Source of the DNA: Clostridia bacterium
Lineage (GTDB): Bacteria; Bacillota; Clostridia; Christensenellales; UBA1242
Reading direction: 5' to 3'
Length of the DNA: 64,000 nucleotides
NCBI GenBank assembly: GCA_900767715.1
Contig: CAAGAD010000005.1
Span: forward strand, 83,697-147,696
This document shows, piece by piece, positions 58,357 to 64,000 of the stretch. A program made the position numbers and the translations under genes. Below the pieces are notes generated by a model. That model made no database searches and was not told where the DNA came from. It saw only the letters and a program-made list of their open reading frames with translations. Positions within the stretch are counted from its first letter, which is position 1; every line of letters begins with the position of its first letter.

Positions 58357-59637
58357 ATGGCAAGACAAAACAAAACTACTGAAGTTACAATGCATTCACT
58401 TGATGTCACCGAAGGTAAGATGAAGTCTAAATACAATAGACCTAAGCGTTTTTTGGGCGCCTTGTTTAAAAAGATTTTGTTACCATCTCTCATTGTGGCG
58501 GGTGTTGCTGTGGGTGCTTTTGCCCTTATTCCAGCACTTTCCACTGCTGTCAGTCTAACTTTTGCCAACGCGGCACTCATTGGCGCGGGCACATTCGCAG
58601 CCACTAGCACACTTATTGGTGGTGGCACTATTATTCACGAAAAGGCGAGCGCACGCCGTCGCGTAAAGAAAGCCTTGCGCAAGAACCTTGAACTCGAAGC
58701 AATGGACTTTATCCAACCAAAGACAATTATGGTCAATGGCCGTGCACAATACGCCAACGGCATCAATCCACCACAAAGGGGTAAAGGCTTCTGGCGTCGT
58801 CGTAATATGCTTTACGAATTCTTGAAGCAAAACCGCCATTGCTGTGCCGAGAACGCTTGCTCGAATCACGCACTCGTTCAACGCATTGTTGATGGTCACG
58901 AAACCAGCAAATTCTTGGACTTGGTAGTTTTGGCAGCCAAACGCGGTTACCTTGGTGACAGATGCCGTGACGCAATCAAGGACAAAGAAAACAAACAAAA
59001 ACTCAAAAACTTGAAATATCTCAGCGAACCCGAAGCCGATCAACTTATGGAAGACGTTTTCGGCATTGAAAACCACTTCAAGACATTGGGCGTTAGCCAA
59101 GGCAGTCCGGTAGTCACTTCTTCACGCAAATCTAAAAAATCTGTTCAAAAAGATTATGAATACGATGATGAAGCCAGCCTTGACGCACTCCGTCAGCAAA
59201 TGACAGGAGCAAGTCAATCACAAGGCTTGACCCCAGAACAACTTACTGCTCTTGCAGGCTATGCACAAGCAATGAACGCTCAACCAGCACAACCAACAGC
59301 ACCGGTTGCTGAGCCAAACTCATACACTTCCCAAGCAGAAAAGAAAGATAGTTTGGTCAAAGCCGTTCTCACCAACCCAACGCCAGCGGTTACAGCAGAA
59401 CCAAAGGTTGAAGAAACTCACGGCGAGATTGAAGACAAATCTCTCATCAAGTCAATCGTCGATGAAGAGCCAAAGCCAGCACCAGCCGTAGCCGAGGTGG
59501 CAAAGACTGATGAAATCATCGACCAAAAGAAGAGTTTGCTAGACAGACTGGGCGCAACTCAACAACCAGTTCGTAAACCAGTTGAAGCAAAGAAACCACA
59601 AAAGCCACTTGTAACTCTAAGCGGTAAAGTATTATAA
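58357..59637 (+). CDS. hypothetical membrane protein with Cys cluster and disordered P/A/E/K tail
   Basis: RBS GGTAGGGG. TM region LLPSLIVAGVAVGAFALIPAL...GAGTFAATSTLIGGG. Cys cluster NRHCCAENACSNH. The C-terminal half is low complexity. Confidence 0.65.
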   Translation: MARQNKTTEVTMHSLDVTEGKMKSKYNRPKRFLGALFKKILLPSLIVAGVAVGAFALIPALSTAVSLTFANAALIGAGTFAATSTLIGGGTIIHEKASARRRVKKALRKNLELEAMDFIQPKTIMVNGRAQYANGINPPQRGKGFWRRRNMLYEFLKQNRHCCAENACSNHALVQRIVDGHETSKFLDLVVLAAKRGYLGDRCRDAIKDKENKQKLKNLKYLSEPEADQLMEDVFGIENHFKTLGVSQGSPVVTSSRKSKKSVQKDYEYDDEASLDALRQQMTGASQSQGLTPEQLTALAGYAQAMNAQPAQPTAPVAEPNSYTSQAEKKDSLVKAVLTNPTPAVTAEPKVEETHGEIEDKSLIKSIVDEEPKPAPAVAEVAKTDEIIDQKKSLLDRLGATQQPVRKPVEAKKPQKPLVTLSGKVL

Positions 59638-59713
59638 AAAAATGTCGCGCGTGCGACATTTTTTGTTGCACATATCATTTGACAAGTGAATAGAAAGAGA
59701 ATAAGATTTAGTT

Positions 59714-60493
59714 ATGAAAAATTATTTTACCATAGGTTCGTTAGAGATTTATTATTATGGTGTGCTTATGGCATCGGCAATGCTCATTGGCATTTTTTTG
59801 GCTTTTGGTATTAGCGAACGCAAAAACATCAAACGCGAATCAATCTTTGACCTTGCGCTCATCGTTCTGCCACTCGCCGTATTGGGCGCGCGCACATATT
59901 ATTGTATATTTAGCGATTATCACTACACATTTGCGGAGTTTTGGCAGATAAACAAAGGCGGTCTCGCCATTTATGGCGGTGTCATCGGCGGGTTTATAGG
60001 CGTTGTGATTTTCAGTCTTATCAAGAAAAAAGACATTCGCTCGGTGTGTGATGTCATCGCGCCGTCGCTCATACTTGGACAGGCAATTGGTCGTTGGGGC
60101 AACTTTATCAACCAAGAAGCCTATGGTTATGTCATTAACAACCCAAAATGGCAGTTTTTCCCAGTGGGTGTGGAAGTTGACGGCGTTTGGCATTTGGCAA
60201 CCTTTTTCTATGAGTCAATGTGGAACTTGGTTGTCTTTGCCGTCATCTTGACCATATTCTTCAAGACCAAGTCAAAGGGCACAACTACTGCTTGGTATCT
60301 CATCTTGTACGGGCTCGGGCGCACCGTCATTGAAGGACTCCGCACCGACAGCCTTTACATCGGTAGCACGGGCATACGCGTGTCGCAGGCGTTGAGCGTG
60401 GTGCTGATTTTGTGCGGAATTGGTATGCTTATCTACAATCTTGTCAAAAATAAGAAGACTAAGGTTGTAGAAAGTGATTCGAACAAAGTATAA
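59714..60493 (+). CDS. lgt: prolipoprotein diacylglyceryl transferase
   Basis: GLAIYGGVIGG, GRWGNFINQEAYG, multiple TM segments. Confidence 0.92.
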   Translation: MKNYFTIGSLEIYYYGVLMASAMLIGIFLAFGISERKNIKRESIFDLALIVLPLAVLGARTYYCIFSDYHYTFAEFWQINKGGLAIYGGVIGGFIGVVIFSLIKKKDIRSVCDVIAPSLILGQAIGRWGNFINQEAYGYVINNPKWQFFPVGVEVDGVWHLATFFYESMWNLVVFAVILTIFFKTKSKGTTTAWYLILYGLGRTVIEGLRTDSLYIGSTGIRVSQALSVVLILCGIGMLIYNLVKNKKTKVVESDSNKV

Positions 60494-60968
60494 TTTTTAT
60501 CTATGGTTTATCATTATATTTTACCTAAATTTTGCCATAAACTTGGCGGTCTATTTGATATGGCGACCTAGCGCTTTGCTCCGTTTTGACTATATTGTGT
60601 ACCAAATATTAGCCACGATTTCCGTCGTTCTCATAATGCGCGGGTTCGGGCTAAAAATCGATTCCAGCCTTTTGCTCGGCATATTCTACCTTGGCGTCGC
60701 GATTATAGGATTTATCAACATTTTCGCCGGCGTGCCGTACGGCTCGCTTTGGCCTTACTATTTTTTGGCGGGCGCTTTTGCCAATTTTGCCAATAGAGTT
60801 TTCTTTTTCGACAGACTGCAAGGTTTTTTTGCCATAATTTGTGTTTTAATTTTTATAATTTCTTTGTGTTTTGACTTGAAATTATTCGGTTGGTTGTGTT
60901 ATACTATACTCGTATTGATAACCATTTCCGCCAGCGTTATGTTCTTGGCATTGCGCACCAAGCGTTAG
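60474..60968 (+). CDS. integral membrane protein (164 aa)
   Basis: Hydrophobic ORF with a GTG start that overlaps the lgt 3' end. No family recognised. Confidence 0.5.
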   Translation: MIRTKYNFYLWFIIIFYLNFAINLAVYLIWRPSALLRFDYIVYQILATISVVLIMRGFGLKIDSSLLLGIFYLGVAIIGFINIFAGVPYGSLWPYYFLAGAFANFANRVFFFDRLQGFFAIICVLIFIISLCFDLKLFGWLCYTILVLITISASVMFLALRTKR

Positions 60969-60980
60969 AAGGAGTTTTTT

Positions 60981-61625
60981 GTGGAGAAGAGTAAACTTTA
61001 TACAGAAGAACAAGTGCAAAAACTGATTAACGAACGTTGTACCGCTCTGTCCAACAAATTGGACGAACAGCGCGCCACCATCGACCGCCAGTCAGCCACT
61101 ATTGCGCAGATTAGCAGTGAAATCAATGAGTACAAGTCCAAAGATTCCACCATTTCAATGGCAATCATCAGCGCCGTGGAAAAGGCTCAACAGATTGAAT
61201 CCACTAGCAAGAAACTCTACCAAATGGAGATTGAGCGCATACGCCTTTTGTATTTGAAGATGGAGAACGTCTTGAAACAACTCTATGCCAGATATCCCGA
61301 ACTGAGAAAGAATAGCGAAGTCAACGACATTATGGACAAGGTCGGCTTGGTGCTCAGCAACAACATTTCGCCAGTGAGCAGTCAGCCGTTGATGAAATAC
61401 GCAATGAGCAGTGCCACTGTCGAAGACCCTATCAAGAAATTGCTCAATAAAATCACCACAATTTTCGATAAAAACGACGACCAAAAAGTTACTCTCAAAC
61501 GCAAAACTATTCCTGAAAGTAGTAGCGGTTTTGACCTAAAAGAAGCCCTTAATCCTACCGAACAACTCAGCGATATTATGAAGGCTTTCAACATTGAACC
61601 TGCCAAAAAGAACGGACAAAAATAA
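60981..61625 (+). CDS. coiled-coil protein, possibly DivIVA/GpsB-like
   Basis: GTG start after AAGGAG. N-terminal YTEEQVQKLINE...LDEQRATIDRQSATIAQISSEINEYKSKDSTISMAIISAVEKAQ resembles the DivIVA layout, but similarity is weak. Confidence 0.4.
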   Translation: MEKSKLYTEEQVQKLINERCTALSNKLDEQRATIDRQSATIAQISSEINEYKSKDSTISMAIISAVEKAQQIESTSKKLYQMEIERIRLLYLKMENVLKQLYARYPELRKNSEVNDIMDKVGLVLSNNISPVSSQPLMKYAMSSATVEDPIKKLLNKITTIFDKNDDQKVTLKRKTIPESSSGFDLKEALNPTEQLSDIMKAFNIEPAKKNGQK

Positions 61626-61783
61626 CTTGGCTTTTCGCCGAGTTTTTTTATTTTCCACATTCGCTTTTTTGTAGAATTTTGCCTAAATATTTTCCATTTT
61701 GTTTGTCGTTTGTTTGATAATTTTTTTTCTATGTGTTAATCTAGTATTAGTATAACTAATAAAACGAAAGAATTGGAGAATTT

Positions 61784-64000
61784 ATGGTTAGTTTGAGAAA
61801 GAAAAAATTATCAAAAGTCTTGACGTTTTTTGCACTAAGTTTTTGCTTGGCACTTATTTCCGTCTTTACGCTTTTGCCTACCACAATGGCGTCTAGTTTC
61901 GACGTTTGGGACGGTACAACAGTGTCCGCCAGTCTGTCCGGCTCGGGTACGGAAGGCGACCCATATTTGATTCAGTCCGCCAGCGACCTGGCGTTTTTGC
62001 ACTCAAACGTACAGACTAATAAATACTATAAACTAACCGCGGATATAGATTGGAATAGTAAAACTTGGAACCCAGTTGCCGTTACATATTTTGACGGTGG
62101 CAACCATACTATTAAATCATTTAAACCAACCCTAATCAGCAATGGCTCAAATACTTATCGTTTTGGCATATTTAGTCAAGTTAAAGAATTATCCAATTTA
62201 AGAATTGAGTACCCAACAAGTTTTTCAGTTGATAGCAGTCAAAAAGCCAACCATTTGATAGCAGGCGCTGTGGCAGAAACAGTGGCAAATGCAATAATTG
62301 ATAATGTGCACGTCGTTGGCACTGGCGTAGCAGGCAGTGTTAGCAGTATTGATGTAATTGACAGCACTGTGACTAGCGGTAATATAAGTGCTAGTTATTG
62401 CTATGTAGGTGGAATCGTTGGTAAAACTGGCGCAAACGCAACAATCACCAATTCATCGACAAACTTAGAATTTTCGGTTACATCTAACATGCACGTTTAT
62501 GCGGGCGGTATCGCTGGCTACGCTACGAGCAACACTATTCAAAATTGCTACACCCGTGGCTCCATTCTTGCGTTTAATGCAAGTGCTTCAAGTGGTTACG
62601 GCATTTTCAATGTAGGTGGTATTACTGGCTTCAAATCTGGCACTGTAAAGAATGTATATACTACAATGGACATTTACGCTAACACTTCTCACACCGTGCA
62701 AGGTAATGAAATCTACAAAGATGAATACAAGACTTGCCAAGGTCACGAATACTATACTTGCTATGGTCACTGTCAAGGTCATCAAGTGACAGTAGGCTCG
62801 TGCCACGGTGGCGGGCATTACAAGTGTAATAGTTATACCACAGTAATTGATAAAGAGAACTCTTATGCGCTTTGTAATGATAAGACTACAACGTATTTCT
62901 ACCGTTGCCGAAATTGTAATTATAGGACTTCTGCCGTGGCTGGCGACCCTAGTTATACTGTTATAAATTCCCATAGGGTTGTCACAGAAGAAGGCGATAC
63001 TACAACGGAGATTTGCAATGGCAAAATGGCAGACCTATACAGTGAAGAGAAGTCCACACACGGCTCTGGTACAGTGGCGTATCTGGAAGGCAGGGGTTGT
63101 TCAAATTATAAAATTACATCCCAAGCCACAAAAACTGAAAAATGCTATGCAAACGAACAGGGATTTATAATGTGTGAGGACAATCTTGATGGTGCGTGGA
63201 GCGAATCGCATTTATGTCCGTATTGCGGTGGCACTGACTTGTTATATCAATATGGTCAAGATAGTTGTATTGATGAGAATTGTGCAGGATGGCAAACTAC
63301 CACAGAAACACAATATCATAGTGCTAGTGAATTGGATAAGTGCACAGATAAGTATGAGCACGCTGATGGTTATGAACAAGATGGCAACTCATTTACCGCT
63401 GTGAGAATTGATGGCTGTGACAATCAAGAGTATGTAAGTTATGGCAATTGTGGTGGATATCACTATTATTCTGAGCCAACTGGCACATATGAAACAATTA
63501 CTATTAAAACAGGCTATGTGAATGCAATTTCGGGGGTGAATGACGGCAGTGCATTCTTCTGTAAGGATAGCACGCTGACGGCAAGCAATACGCTTACTGC
63601 GCCTACCAATTGCGGACGCACACTCGCGCAACTCAAAGCTAGGTCAACCTATGACGGCTGGACAGATTTTGATAACTATTGGATTATAGACTCCACCTTG
63701 AATGACGGCTTGCCAGTGCAGAAATCTACCATTAGTTTGGGAGTGACAACCGCACCAGTGCTTGTCGATGAGAACAATAGCGAAATCACGGCAAAAGATG
63801 CTAATAGTTGGAACCAAGTCAAGACGACAGGCGACGGATATTATATGAGCCAAGACATCGGCTCGCCAACCAATGAAACGGTCACACTGGGTGCGACATA
63901 CGATGATGGTAAATACCAGTTCGTAGGTTGGGCAAGGCGAGATGGCTCGAATTACACTATCAAATCGAACAAAACACCATATTCGTTCGAGATGACGAAT
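61784..64000 (+). CDS. secreted GLUG-like repeat surface protein with Cys/His-rich insert, 3'-truncated by window edge
   Basis: Not in the ORF track because it runs off the window. I translated it by hand from ATG 61784 (GGAG RBS) and found no stop to nt 64000. Signal peptide KVLTFFALSFCLALISVF, header SGSGTEGDPYLIQSASDLAFL, and repeats YVGGIVGKTG / YAGGIAGYAT / VGGITGFKSG. Confidence 0.8.
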   Translation, partial: MVSLRKKKLSKVLTFFALSFCLALISVFTLLPTTMASSFDVWDGTTVSASLSGSGTEGDPYLIQSASDLAFLHSNVQTNKYYKLTADIDWNSKTWNPVAVTYFDGGNHTIKSFKPTLISNGSNTYRFGIFSQVKELSNLRIEYPTSFSVDSSQKANHLIAGAVAETVANAIIDNVHVVGTGVAGSVSSIDVIDSTVTSGNISASYCYVGGIVGKTGANATITNSSTNLEFSVTSNMHVYAGGIAGYATSNTIQNCYTRGSILAFNASASSGYGIFNVGGITGFKSGTVKNVYTTMDIYANTSHTVQGNEIYKDEYKTCQGHEYYTCYGHCQGHQVTVGSCHGGGHYKCNSYTTVIDKENSYALCNDKTTTYFYRCRNCNYRTSAVAGDPSYTVINSHRVVTEEGDTTTEICNGKMADLYSEEKSTHGSGTVAYLEGRGCSNYKITSQATKTEKCYANEQGFIMCEDNLDGAWSESHLCPYCGGTDLLYQYGQDSCIDENCAGWQTTTETQYHSASELDKCTDKYEHADGYEQDGNSFTAVRIDGCDNQEYVSYGNCGGYHYYSEPTGTYETITIKTGYVNAISGVNDGSAFFCKDSTLTASNTLTAPTNCGRTLAQLKARSTYDGWTDFDNYWIIDSTLNDGLPVQKSTISLGVTTAPVLVDENNSEITAKDANSWNQVKTTGDGYYMSQDIGSPTNETVTLGATYDDGKYQFVGWARRDGSNYTIKSNKTPYSFEMTN

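Overview
The window is a 64-kb chromosomal segment from a low-GC bacterium that uses the standard genetic code. Conserved proteins read through intact, and lspA ends on TGA. The gene order is typical of Bacillota (Firmicutes): sepF-lspA-rluD, tig-clpP-clpX, rpsL-rpsG-fusA-tuf, secG-rnr-smpB-ssrA and truA-rplM-rpsI. A single-chain PFOR, short intergenic spacers and apparently dead enzyme paralogs suggest an anaerobe with a reduced genome. About two thirds of the window is housekeeping: translation, Clp proteolysis, polA, pgk/gpmI, tRNA modification, lgt/lspA, one tRNA-Leu and the tmRNA. I found no transposase, integrase, reverse transcriptase, CRISPR array or prophage genes. The unusual content is cell-surface or of unknown function. 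(1) A 5'-truncated giant ORF of more than 2,130 aa is followed by a 1,036-aa protein with no signal peptide and an 80-aa protein, all unrecognisable to me. (2) A paralog family of GLUG-like repeat surface proteins has two large genes plus a frameshifted 3' remnant in the conserved truA-rplM junction. One member carries a Cys/His-rich insert with 21 cysteines. (3) A lipoprotein cluster shows mosaic cassette structure: a 104-nt 5'UTR plus signal-peptide block is shared by two unrelated lipoproteins, next to a gene-decay zone. (4) Adjacent shikimate-kinase-like and transketolase-like ORFs are intact but have lost their cofactor and catalytic motifs. (5) There are two toxin-antitoxin-like pairs with non-canonical partners. 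All family assignments rest on motifs read by eye; no database search or folding was run.
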